Shown piece by piece: positions 34,259-42,765 of a stretch of DNA of 60,046 nucleotides. The notes under the pieces are model-generated. The model made no database searches and was not told where the DNA came from. It was given only the letters and a program-made list of their open reading frames with translations. Numbering within the stretch: position 1 is the stretch's first letter; every line of letters starts with the position of its first letter. Source of the DNA: Thermoplasmata archaeon (GTDB taxonomy: Archaea > Thermoplasmatota > E2 > UBA202 > JdFR-43); NCBI GenBank assembly GCA_021162065.1, contig JAGGZK010000032.1, forward strand, positions 1-60,046. The letters are read 5' to 3'. The position numbers were made by a program, and so were the translations under genes.

Positions 34259-34330
34259 TTATAATTCTTGCTTTTTAATTCAAATCATGCAAAATCACAA
34301 TACTTTTTTACATTTCAATGTTATGACATC

Positions 34331-34726
34331 ATGAAGAGAGTAAGGATAAGCTTCACCATTCCAGAGGACATAATGAAAAAATTTGAGAGCACATTCAAAA
34401 AGATGGGATACAAGAACAGAAGCCATGCCATATCCATGGCCATTCATGACTACATTGTTGCCCATAAATGGACTGAGTTGAAGGGAAAAATATCAGGTGC
34501 CATCCTCCTCACCTACGAGCATCATGGGAAAATAAATGATGATCTGGTGGATGTGCAGCATCACTACAATGACATCATAAATGCCAGCATGCACATTCAT
34601 CTCAACAGAGACAACTGCCTGGAAATAATAGCCTTTACCGGAGACGCCAGAAAGGTGAAGGAGTTATTCAAAAAACTCCAGGGAATGGGAGGAGTGATTT
34701 CAATAAAGATGGTCACTGCTGCCTGA
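34331..34726 (+). CDS. nikR: NikR-like ribbon-helix-helix transcriptional regulator with a C-terminal metal-binding (ACT-like) domain
   Basis: MKRVRISFTIPEDIMKKFE...GYKNRSHAISMAIHDYI (RHH), then the His-rich HHGKINDDLVDVQHHYNDIINASMHIH. ATG 34331 preferred over the TTG at 34268. Confidence 0.75.
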   Translation: MKRVRISFTIPEDIMKKFESTFKKMGYKNRSHAISMAIHDYIVAHKWTELKGKISGAILLTYEHHGKINDDLVDVQHHYNDIINASMHIHLNRDNCLEIIAFTGDARKVKELFKKLQGMGGVISIKMVTAA

Positions 34727-35576
34727 AGACAAGAGTATCATCGAAATTTCTGGCATATCTTTCCATAACTTTCTGCAGGGATGGAAAATTCTGGGCACCC
34801 ATCCTTTCGACCACAAAGGAGGCAAAGGTGGAGGCGAACCTGCAGCATTTTTCCATCTCATTTCCGTTCAGAAAAGCAAACCAGAATGCCGCCTTGTAGG
34901 CATCCCCCGCACCCGTGGCATCGACAAAGCGAGATGGCTTTACTGCATTTATTTTTACATTTCTCCCATATATTCTGCTCCCCCTGGCCCCCAGAGTGAC
35001 TATGACGTTTTTTCCTTTAAGAGAGACTCTCCTCCTTATATAGGCGACCTCTTTCTCATTGCAGAAAATTATATCCGCCATCTCCGCCATGTAAGTAAGA
35101 TGGCGGCTGTCATATTTTCTCATATCCTGTCCGGGCTCGAAGGCGAAAAATTTTGCCTTCTCCGCCATTTTCATCGCCAGGGAAGGATGACAGGGGGCTA
35201 TGTGGAGATATTCGCTCTCTATCCCCTCCATATTCTCCATCTCCTCTGATGCGCCCCAGAAAAAATAGGATTTCTGGGTTTCAGAATCGTTGAATACGAA
35301 GGCGGAGGGTGTTTTTTTATTGCTTCTTTTGAGTATCAGTTCCACCCCTTTCTTTTTTAGATGCCGTTCATATCTCGCAAAATCCCTTCCCGCAGCAGTA
35401 TAAAGAATGCCTTTTCCTCCAAGAGATGAAAAACCCACTGCTATGTTGGCGCCGCCTCCTCCATAATATCTTCCCCACTCCCTTATGTATGCCGATTCAT
35501 CCTTTCCCGGCTGCCTTTCCACACTGAATATGTAATCGTAGGCCGCATGCCCGACAACGGTAAGTGCTGGCTTCAT
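34713..35576 (-). CDS. PfkB-family carbohydrate/nucleoside kinase
   Basis: GGGGANIAVGFSSLGG and DATGAGDAY are the PfkB signature motifs. Confidence 0.85.
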   Translation of the reverse strand: MKPALTVVGHAAYDYIFSVERQPGKDESAYIREWGRYYGGGGANIAVGFSSLGGKGILYTAAGRDFARYERHLKKKGVELILKRSNKKTPSAFVFNDSETQKSYFFWGASEEMENMEGIESEYLHIAPCHPSLAMKMAEKAKFFAFEPGQDMRKYDSRHLTYMAEMADIIFCNEKEVAYIRRRVSLKGKNVIVTLGARGSRIYGRNVKINAVKPSRFVDATGAGDAYKAAFWFAFLNGNEMEKCCRFASTFASFVVERMGAQNFPSLQKVMERYARNFDDTLVFRQQ

Positions 35577-35578
35577 GG

Positions 35579-37576
35579 CTATATGTTAAAGATGAGGGCA
35601 CTCTTCTGATCTTCCACCTCTTCTCCCTCTCCATAGCCCACAACCTTTAGGGTTCTTGAGCCAAAGGACATTTCATCCAGCAGATACTCATAGGGCGCCT
35701 CCTCATCCACATATTTCAGCTCTCCATCAACATAAAACTCCACCTTTTCCACATTGTACGCCGCCGCTTCTATGGTTATCTTGCCCAGGATTATGGTCTT
35801 TCCGAAGAGAGTCGGCATTATTTCCCTGTCTCCAAAATATAGATAGCCATCAGAGGGCTTATTCAGATAAACTATGGGACTGGTGGAGGAATAGCCGCCT
35901 ATCATCAGACTGGGATCGCCGAAAAGTGTCCATTCCTCTATTGTCTTGTACTGTATCGCATCATTCAATCTCTGGGTCATGATGTAGGTGGAGATGGAAT
36001 TACCCCACATCTCTCCAAGATGACTGCCAATCTTGAAGTTTTTGCAGAGAAGCACGTCCATATACCCAGACAGTCCGCTGGGTGCATAATCGCCAAGATA
36101 CCCCCATGAAAGTCCTGCCGCAGCAAATGTTGCTATGCCTCCTCCAGTACTTTTTCTCACCAGTTGCCAGGCAAGACAGGTGCCTTTGTCAAACTGGCCC
36201 GTCTCGCACGCGCTCAGAATAACAACAGGCGTTCTTTCATTGTTGGAGAAGGATGCCACATCCGTTATATCGAAACCCAGCCAGGTGTCGAAATCGCCCG
36301 GAGGATGTGTCGCCCAGCTCACCCTGTTGCCGTGGCCCTCGAAGTTGAAAAGGGCGCCGCCCTCGCTGAATTTTTCCTTTATGGAGGCCTTGCTGAGAGT
36401 CCCATCGGATGTGAAAATATATTCTCTCTCAAAGGAGGGCAGATAAGAAAATGCCTTCTCCTTTATGACCTCTCCCTCATAAACGCCGTCGTTATCATCA
36501 TGGCTGTCGCCGGCAAAGGCAACGGCCTTATTCATCCACTCCGCTCCGCTGGCCAGGTTTTCGTAGGTGATGATTTTCTGTATCACATTTTTCACATCCG
36601 TATCGCTGCTGCAGGCCAGCCTGCCTATATATACATCGGGATACCCATCCACATCGTCCCTCTGCCCGTTGTGGTCATATTCCGCATAATACCCGTTGCC
36701 GTTGGTATCCCATGAGGAGAATTCGCCATTTCCATCATATATGTCCGCATAGTATAAATCGCTTGCAAATCTTGCCTCATTGCCATCGTAGGCATATGAA
36801 TATCTCACCGGGATATCGTCTGCGCTCCCCACAAGAAGAACATATTTTATGCCGTATCTATCAAGGGCATCCTTTATGGCATACTTTATATCCTCCTGTT
36901 CGTCATTTCCAAAATATTTGCTGTAGATTTCATTCAGTCCCATCACAAGCGTTCTCACCCCATGGCTCTCCTTATGGAGTCTCAGCGTTTCCACCTCATC
37001 CAGCCATTTGTCAGGAGCGATTATGAGCAAATCATAGGAATCTGTAGAAACAAAGGGAATCTTTGCCGTTTCATAATCAACATTCACATCGAAGTGATGG
37101 GCGTATTCCATAACATTTCTGGCAGGATTGTACTGCACCGGATAAAGATATAGAGTGATGATTGTGGACAGCTTTCCGTTCCTCAAACCTGCACCGACCT
37201 GGAATTCATACCATGTTCCGGGATAGAAGGCATCTCTGGAATAAATATCGCCTTCCATAACCTCATTCCCGCCCTCCCCCATAATCCGGGCAGGAGGAGA
37301 GGGGATAATTTTTTTGTCGAGGGAAATGGACTCCACGTCCCTGGCTTTTACATCTATCCCTTCTACCTTGCTCCCGAATGGAAGAACGTATTCCCTGACA
37401 TAATATGGAATAATTGGATAGCCAGAACTGAGAGCATAGCTGGCATTGTTGAGATGCACCATGCAGTACTCGCCGTATGGCACTATTGATATCCCGTCCT
37501 CGCCAGAAACTCTCTGAAATCCTGCCCCAGTGAACACTAACAGCGCAGCAATTAACACTGCAACCCCGTATCTCAT
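35579..37576 (-). CDS. secreted peptidase C25 (gingipain-like) cysteine protease with a shared C-terminal Ig-like module
   Basis: Signal peptide (AVLIAALLVFTGAG). DLLIIAPDKW...YVLLVGSADDIPV...ASDLYYADI, catalytic-His region FNFEGHGN, and catalytic-Cys region VVILSACETGQFD. C-terminal ...VEFYVDGELKYVD...ALIFNI. Confidence 0.75.
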   Translation of the reverse strand: MRYGVAVLIAALLVFTGAGFQRVSGEDGISIVPYGEYCMVHLNNASYALSSGYPIIPYYVREYVLPFGSKVEGIDVKARDVESISLDKKIIPSPPARIMGEGGNEVMEGDIYSRDAFYPGTWYEFQVGAGLRNGKLSTIITLYLYPVQYNPARNVMEYAHHFDVNVDYETAKIPFVSTDSYDLLIIAPDKWLDEVETLRLHKESHGVRTLVMGLNEIYSKYFGNDEQEDIKYAIKDALDRYGIKYVLLVGSADDIPVRYSYAYDGNEARFASDLYYADIYDGNGEFSSWDTNGNGYYAEYDHNGQRDDVDGYPDVYIGRLACSSDTDVKNVIQKIITYENLASGAEWMNKAVAFAGDSHDDNDGVYEGEVIKEKAFSYLPSFEREYIFTSDGTLSKASIKEKFSEGGALFNFEGHGNRVSWATHPPGDFDTWLGFDITDVASFSNNERTPVVILSACETGQFDKGTCLAWQLVRKSTGGGIATFAAAGLSWGYLGDYAPSGLSGYMDVLLCKNFKIGSHLGEMWGNSISTYIMTQRLNDAIQYKTIEEWTLFGDPSLMIGGYSSTSPIVYLNKPSDGYLYFGDREIMPTLFGKTIILGKITIEAAAYNVEKVEFYVDGELKYVDEEAPYEYLLDEMSFGSRTLKVVGYGEGEEVEDQKSALIFNI

Positions 37577-37599
37577 GCAGTTTAAAGTTCTGTTTCTAT

Positions 37600-37866
37600 T
37601 TAAACTTTTGCGATTAGTCTCTCGAATCGCTGTGCCACTCTCCCCATCTCGGAGAATCGGTCATAAGAGAACACCCTTGCTATCTCTTTTCCAAGCACAA
37701 ATATTGCCTTTTTGTGGGCACTCTTTGACTTATGTATGTGGTATGGGTATATGCCCAGCTTCTCATATTCCTTAAACGCACCGTTTTTCCCGTCCAGCTG
37801 CTTCTCCAGCTCATTCTTTATCTGCAGCAGCAGAGCATGCAACTGGATCAATTCTTCTTTCTGCAT
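37600..37866 (-). CDS. small conserved archaeal protein, UPF0058-like
   Basis: Start set at internal ATG 37866 (MQKEELIQLHALLLQIKNELE...HIHKSKSAHKKAIF), about 88 aa. A TATA-like atatttaaaaac lies about 30-40 nt upstream on the minus strand. The family call is from memory of UPF0058 N-termini. Confidence 0.5.
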   Translation of the reverse strand: MQKEELIQLHALLLQIKNELEKQLDGKNGAFKEYEKLGIYPYHIHKSKSAHKKAIFVLGKEIARVFSYDRFSEMGRVAQRFERLIAKV

Positions 37867-38332
37867 CCCCAACCCCTCCACTACATATATGTATAGGGTG
37901 TTTTTAAATATTTCGGTCGTGCCATATGGAGTGGAGAAAAAATTGAAATTATGAAATATTTGCAAACAGGTTGAATTTTTTGATACAAAATCATCCATAA
38001 TGGCAACGAAGGCGGAAAAAATCTTTATTTCTCCCCTCCCTTAACAATGTGGACAGAACATATGAAAGAGGGGCAATGCTTGAAAGGAAGGCTGTTATGA
38101 AGCACGGAAGGAAAAAGATACCGGGCACTTTTTATAGTTAAAGGAGATAGGATAATATTTCGCTCTCTTATTGGGAGGAAGGAATTCATATTCCATAGAA
38201 CGGAGATAGTGGATATGGGAATTGAAGGTGGCGTTAGAAAAAAACTTTACATAGTCACGGGCAAACAAAAATATCTTTTCTCCATGAAAAATGTCGGGGA
38301 TGTATACAATCTTCTTCTTGCCCTCCCCCAAC

Positions 38333-38344
38333 ATTTATAAAAAT
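38333..38344 (+). promoter_or_regulatory. TATA-like box upstream of the Ntn-hydrolase/PQQ gene
   Basis: atttataaaaat ends about 18 nt before ATG 38362 (box centre about 23 nt upstream). Confidence 0.35.
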
Positions 38345-38361
38345 CCATCCAATACAATAAC

Positions 38362-40911
38362 ATGAAGTTGCTCTCCCTGCTGATTGTATTCGCTTTCATC
38401 TCTCCCCTCAATTATGCCATAGAGGTGGACAACAACGGCACCTACGAAAACGCATGCCGTTACAACGTCAATGGTTTCATCTACCTTCACATAGAGGGCG
38501 AACCCTACGAGCGGGGATACCAGCATGGCTACCTTCTCTATGCGGAGATAGCAGATATGATTTACAGATGGAGCAACATCATCCACAACTGCCCCGTGAT
38601 GATTAAATACCTTCCCATAGATGAAAACTCCTCCAAATATGAGGAATTATCCGAAAAATGGTGGAATGAATGCAAAAAACTCTCCATGAAAATCTTCTGG
38701 CCCTATTATCCGGAGGAATACCGGGAGGAAATAAGAGGAATAGCGGATGGCGCCCGCGCCCGGGGTGTGGAGATATACGGGGATCCCATAACATATGAAG
38801 ACGTGCTCACTCTCAATGAGATGTATGAACTTATGAGCATTCTGGTGAATCCGACGAAGAGCTTCCACATGCTCAAGGATGTCTTTCATTCCCTTTCCTC
38901 CGTATGCCCGTCCCTTGCGGGAAAGGAGATGGAATTTGCCTCTGCCTTTTATCCTGTGCACCACTGCAATGGGTTTGCGACCGTCGGCGACGCCACAAAG
39001 GACGGCAGAATTGTGATAAGCGATTCCGTATGGTGCGGTGGATGGTGGTACTCCTACTACATAGCCCAGAGATGGAATGTCATACTGGACATAGAACCCA
39101 GCAAGGGACACCGCCTTATAATAGCCACATCCCCCGGCTACATCTGGAGCGATGAAGATTACTGGCAGAACGATGTGGGGCTTGCCATGGTGGAAACAAC
39201 CTTCATCCAGGGAGTGTACCGGCTGAAGGGGCTGCCCCTTGCCATAAGGGCAAGGATGGCGATTCAGTATGGCGACACCATAGATGATGTCATTCGCTAC
39301 CTTCTTACGGAAAATACGGGCGTCATGAATGCCCAGTGGCTCATAGCAGATGCGGAGGCCAACGAGATTGCCCTTCTGGAATTCGGGCTTTATCACTACA
39401 ATGTCATAAGAAAAAGCAACGGCTTTTTATGGAGCGCCAATAATCCCTTCGATTTCTGGGTGAGAAGGGACATACTCGGGTATGAGATAATTAAGGCGCC
39501 CATCTTCAGGCTTGCACATATGCTGCTCAACACCAGCGGATATGAGTACTACACCCTCTTCTATACCCCCTCAGACAGAGACATAAAATTTGAGGAACTG
39601 GGGAATAAGTACTATGGAGAAATAGATGTCGATGTGGTAAAAAAGATAATGAGCACGCCCCCCATAACGGATTTCACCACAGACTGCAAGATAACGGATG
39701 GCAGAATGATATTCAACAACACCCTCTGGGCATTCTGGGGGAATCCAACCTATGTGTGGAACACCTCATCTCTCAGCAAACTGAAGGGGGTAAGAGATGT
39801 GCCCCCTGCAGGATGGGTTAAAATATATGGTGTCCCCTACGGGTTTGAGCCAGAGTATGAAAAGGGGAATATGGGAAAGGGAAGAAATGCCCGGCTGCTA
39901 TGGAGTTATGAGCTCGGGGGAATGAATTATGAGAGAGCAAGGATGTTCACCGATGGCAGCAACATATACGCGGCATATAAGGACATGCTCTATGCCATGA
40001 ATGAAAATGGAAGCATGCTCTGGAAAAGAGAACTCGATGGAGACATAAAGGATGCATATGTGGGGGATGCATTATATGTCATCACCGCCAACAAGTCCTA
40101 TGCCTTTTCCCCGAATGGAGAGCAGGTATGGAGCGGGAGAGGAGGAGATGATATACTGGAGGGAGACGGAAAAATTTACATTGCAGATGGGGAAGGAGTG
40201 TATGCGGATAAAGAGATATTTCCGAGGGGGGCAAATCTGCTTGCCTACCATAAGGGCATATACATGGCATATGGAGACCGCCTCATCGCCCCAGAATGGA
40301 ACTTTACGGCAGGGGGCGAAATAGCGGATGTGGAGATTGGAGGCGATACTTATGTGGCAAGTGCCGATGGAAATGTGTATTGCCTTGATAGCAATGGGAA
40401 CATAAAATGGAAGCGGGGAGCGGGATGGTGCATATCGGATGTGGAAGAAGACGATGGCAGGATATACGCATCCAGCTACGACGGAAATGTATATTGCATG
40501 GGCGATGATGGAAGCATTTTATGGATATTCAGCTGCAATGGTTCTGTGAGCGATATAGAGGAATATGGGGACATGATATATGCTTCCTCCACCGACGGGA
40601 GAATGTATGCCATAAATAAAAGCAATGGAGAGGTGGAATTCAGCTTTGCGCCGGCCTATGAAATAGAGGGAACATACAACTATATAACCACACCCCTCTC
40701 CAACATAGTGGCAACCTCTGGAAAGATATTCTTCAGTGCAGCGGGGAGCATATACTGTATTGATGCCGAAACCATGGAAAAGGATGTGGGAGGGAGAAGC
40801 AAAACAAAAACCCAGTCCATTCTTCTTGGCGTAATCGCGGCAATCATAATTTTATTGCTCATCTTTCTCATTTACAGGAAGTACAGAAAACTTGAGGGTG
40901 AAGAGGAATAG
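38362..40911 (+). CDS. surface protein: peptidase C45/acyltransferase-like Ntn-hydrolase domain + PQQ-type beta-propeller + C-terminal TM anchor
   Basis: Signal peptide (LLSLLIVFAFISPL). IEGEPYERGYQHGYLL and HHCNGFATVGDATKDGRIV give a C45/AAT-like pattern with a candidate nucleophile Cys. Repeated DGNVYCLDSNGNIKWK, DGNVYCMGDDGSILW and DGRMYAINKSNGEVEF (PQQ-like blades). C-terminal ILLGVIAAIIILLLIFLIYRKYRK. Confidence 0.65.
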   Translation: MKLLSLLIVFAFISPLNYAIEVDNNGTYENACRYNVNGFIYLHIEGEPYERGYQHGYLLYAEIADMIYRWSNIIHNCPVMIKYLPIDENSSKYEELSEKWWNECKKLSMKIFWPYYPEEYREEIRGIADGARARGVEIYGDPITYEDVLTLNEMYELMSILVNPTKSFHMLKDVFHSLSSVCPSLAGKEMEFASAFYPVHHCNGFATVGDATKDGRIVISDSVWCGGWWYSYYIAQRWNVILDIEPSKGHRLIIATSPGYIWSDEDYWQNDVGLAMVETTFIQGVYRLKGLPLAIRARMAIQYGDTIDDVIRYLLTENTGVMNAQWLIADAEANEIALLEFGLYHYNVIRKSNGFLWSANNPFDFWVRRDILGYEIIKAPIFRLAHMLLNTSGYEYYTLFYTPSDRDIKFEELGNKYYGEIDVDVVKKIMSTPPITDFTTDCKITDGRMIFNNTLWAFWGNPTYVWNTSSLSKLKGVRDVPPAGWVKIYGVPYGFEPEYEKGNMGKGRNARLLWSYELGGMNYERARMFTDGSNIYAAYKDMLYAMNENGSMLWKRELDGDIKDAYVGDALYVITANKSYAFSPNGEQVWSGRGGDDILEGDGKIYIADGEGVYADKEIFPRGANLLAYHKGIYMAYGDRLIAPEWNFTAGGEIADVEIGGDTYVASADGNVYCLDSNGNIKWKRGAGWCISDVEEDDGRIYASSYDGNVYCMGDDGSILWIFSCNGSVSDIEEYGDMIYASSTDGRMYAINKSNGEVEFSFAPAYEIEGTYNYITTPLSNIVATSGKIFFSAAGSIYCIDAETMEKDVGGRSKTKTQSILLGVIAAIIILLLIFLIYRKYRKLEGEEE

Positions 40912-40951
40912 ATAATATTTAAATCCCATTTCCTTTTTCATAGTAAGTCCT

Positions 40952-41034
40952 GCAGGGGTAGCCAAGCGGTCAACGGCGCAAGGTTCAGGGCCTTGTGGCG
41001 CAGGCCTTCGTGGGTTCAAATCCCACCCCCTGCA
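40952..41034 (+). tRNA. tRNA-Leu (anticodon CAG), long variable arm
   Basis: Acceptor GCAGGGG/CCCCTGC. Anticodon stem CAAGG/CCTTG with loop TTCAGGG. Long variable arm. T-arm GTGGG-TTCAAAT-CCCAC. Discriminator A. TATA-like aatatttaaat about 30 nt upstream. Confidence 0.9.
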
Positions 41035-41058
41035 TAAGGTTTATAAATATCCTACGGA

Positions 41059-41487
41059 ATGAATATTATGAAAGGCGGTATCATCTGCATTCTTGTTTTT
41101 GCCCTTCTTATTATTTCACCATTTCCCATTTCAAATGCAAAAAATATCGGCCAGCCAGATGTGGAAATTCATTTTGCATGGATTGATTGGGGTTTCGTCA
41201 TTCTCGTCTGGAACAAGGAAAATGAAAGCATTCATAACGTCTTCATCAAACAGTTGAGCATCTCCGGCATTGTTTTTCTGGGGGGAACATGGCTGGACCA
41301 TATAAAGGAGGTTGGAGGAAAATCTCTTCGGCAACTTATTGTGCCTGCATGGGGGCTAGGAAAATGCCTGGTGGAGGCAACCATAAGTTATGAATATGAG
41401 GGAGAAACCTATGAGACAACCATCTATGGATATTTCACAATCTTGGGCAGCTTCACCTATCTCCTCACCGAATGGCAGGACTACTGA
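41059..41487 (+). CDS. hypothetical small secreted protein
   Basis: 142 aa with an N-terminal signal-like segment (GIICILVFALLIISPFPISNA). No recognisable motif. Confidence 0.4.
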   Translation: MNIMKGGIICILVFALLIISPFPISNAKNIGQPDVEIHFAWIDWGFVILVWNKENESIHNVFIKQLSISGIVFLGGTWLDHIKEVGGKSLRQLIVPAWGLGKCLVEATISYEYEGETYETTIYGYFTILGSFTYLLTEWQDY

Positions 41488-41690
41488 ATAATCATGTCCT
41501 TAAAATCGCACACATGAAATTCATATTTTATTTTACCGTCTATTTTGCATAATCCGAAGTAAATCCCGTTGTATGGGATTGGATCCTTCTCCCAGTATTT
41601 ACAATTGGAACACATGGTCATATCTCCCCTCATAATCACAAGAGGTTTACTTTTCTCCACCTCCTGCATGAAGCAGGAGCATAATGGCAT
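41481..41690 (-). CDS. hypothetical small Cys-containing protein
   Basis: ORF directly downstream of and co-directional with the response-regulator gene. The core MCSNCKYWEKD...GLCKIDG...HVCDF has 4 Cys. The start is ambiguous (41690, 41633, 41621 or 41615). Confidence 0.3.
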   Translation of the reverse strand: MPLCSCFMQEVEKSKPLVIMRGDMTMCSNCKYWEKDPIPYNGIYFGLCKIDGKIKYEFHVCDFKDMIIQ

Positions 41691-41745
41691 TTTTAAACCA
41701 TAATGTAAAGGCCACTATACATAATCCACGTATAACTCAAACATG

Positions 41746-42765
41746 TCAAATTGTGTTGACATTGTAGTAAACTATGCCCTTACCCTTCCTTTCCAGTCCC
41801 GTGAGTATCTCCAGCAACTCCAGTATTCTCTCTCCGTTATCCGAAAGATAATAGCCCCCTTCACCCTTCTCCACTGCTCCAAGAGAAACAAGTTTTTTAA
41901 GATGAAATGCAAGTTTTGAGGATTGTTGTTTCAACCCCATTTCCTTCATTATACGGGCGTAGGGAAGAGGATGCATCATTCCGAGGAGATGTATTATCTC
42001 CCTCCTCATCGGGTGACTGTAGGCGGCCATCATTTTCTCCAGCACAGGTATTATCACATTCCCTATACCCTCCTCGAGCATGAGAATTTCCTTAGGTGAT
42101 TTATAAACTATGACCGCCATACTCCCATTGGCCGTTATGGAAAGAAGGGAGTTAAAGTATTTTATCACTCCCTCCCTCCCATATTTATCAATCAATCCTT
42201 CAAGGCCAAATATTACTATGGCGTCCTTTTCTCCACTAAAATCTTCGCTTATCCTTGTCATCTCATCAATGGAAAAATTTCCTCTATCTGTAAAAATCGT
42301 TCTCTCCGGTTTGATGAAATGTTTCTCTCTTATGATCTCAGGAGGCAGCGAGGTCACAAGAAGGATTCTTTTCCTGCCCACAAGCAATTCCTTCAAACTT
42401 TTTCCCTTTCTTTTCTCCCTCACCCTCTCAATCGCCCCCATAACCCTATCCATTTTTATGGGTTTTTCTATGTAATCGGCCGCCCCCAGTTTCATTGCCT
42501 CCACAGCACTTCCCACCTCTCCATATCCTGTCACAACTATGAAATCCACATCCATGCCCTCCTCCCTGGCCCATTTTATTATCTCCATACCGTGGATATC
42601 TGGCATCTTGAGATCGAGAATTACAACATCATAGGCATCTTTTTTCATCTTTTTCTTTGCCTCCTTCCCTCCTGTGGCGCCATCCACGGTATAATTTTTC
42701 ATGGAGAGATACTTCTTCACCTGCTGAACAAATATCGGGTTGTCGTCCACCACCAGCAGATTCAT
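41746..42765 (-). CDS. response regulator: REC + DUF835-like + ArsR-type winged HTH
   Basis: REC: LLVVDDNP...DVVILDLKMPDIHG...ADYIEKP. Middle: ILLVTSLPPEII...AIVIFGLEGLIDKYGREGVIKYFNSLL (DUF835-like). C-terminus: SHPMRREIIHLL...LAFHLKKLVSLGAVEK (wHTH). Confidence 0.85.
   Translation of the reverse strand: MNLLVVDDNPIFVQQVKKYLSMKNYTVDGATGGKEAKKKMKKDAYDVVILDLKMPDIHGMEIIKWAREEGMDVDFIVVTGYGEVGSAVEAMKLGAADYIEKPIKMDRVMGAIERVREKRKGKSLKELLVGRKRILLVTSLPPEIIREKHFIKPERTIFTDRGNFSIDEMTRISEDFSGEKDAIVIFGLEGLIDKYGREGVIKYFNSLLSITANGSMAVIVYKSPKEILMLEEGIGNVIIPVLEKMMAAYSHPMRREIIHLLGMMHPLPYARIMKEMGLKQQSSKLAFHLKKLVSLGAVEKGEGGYYLSDNGERILELLEILTGLERKGKGIVYYNVNTI

Noticed and set aside
38095-38334. 79-aa minus-strand ORF in the gap before the Ntn-hydrolase gene
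   Set aside because: Its ATG (38334-38332) lies at the edge of the TATA-like box of the divergent gene. Only 27 bp would separate the two start codons. No motifs are present. It is kept only as a remote possibility.
38335-39396. Minus-strand ORFs of 83 and 249 aa overlapping the start of the 849-aa gene
   Set aside because: They are antisense to a gene with signal peptide and Ntn-hydrolase motifs.
40995-41186. 63-aa + strand ORF starting inside tRNA-Leu
   Set aside because: It overlaps the tRNA's 3' half. The downstream 142-aa ORF in another frame has a proper signal peptide.
40912-41745. Possible integrated element at the 3' side of tRNA-Leu (and similarly after tRNA-Pro at 25253-25331)
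   Set aside because: I found no integrase, no duplication of the tRNA 3' end downstream, and no obvious compositional break.
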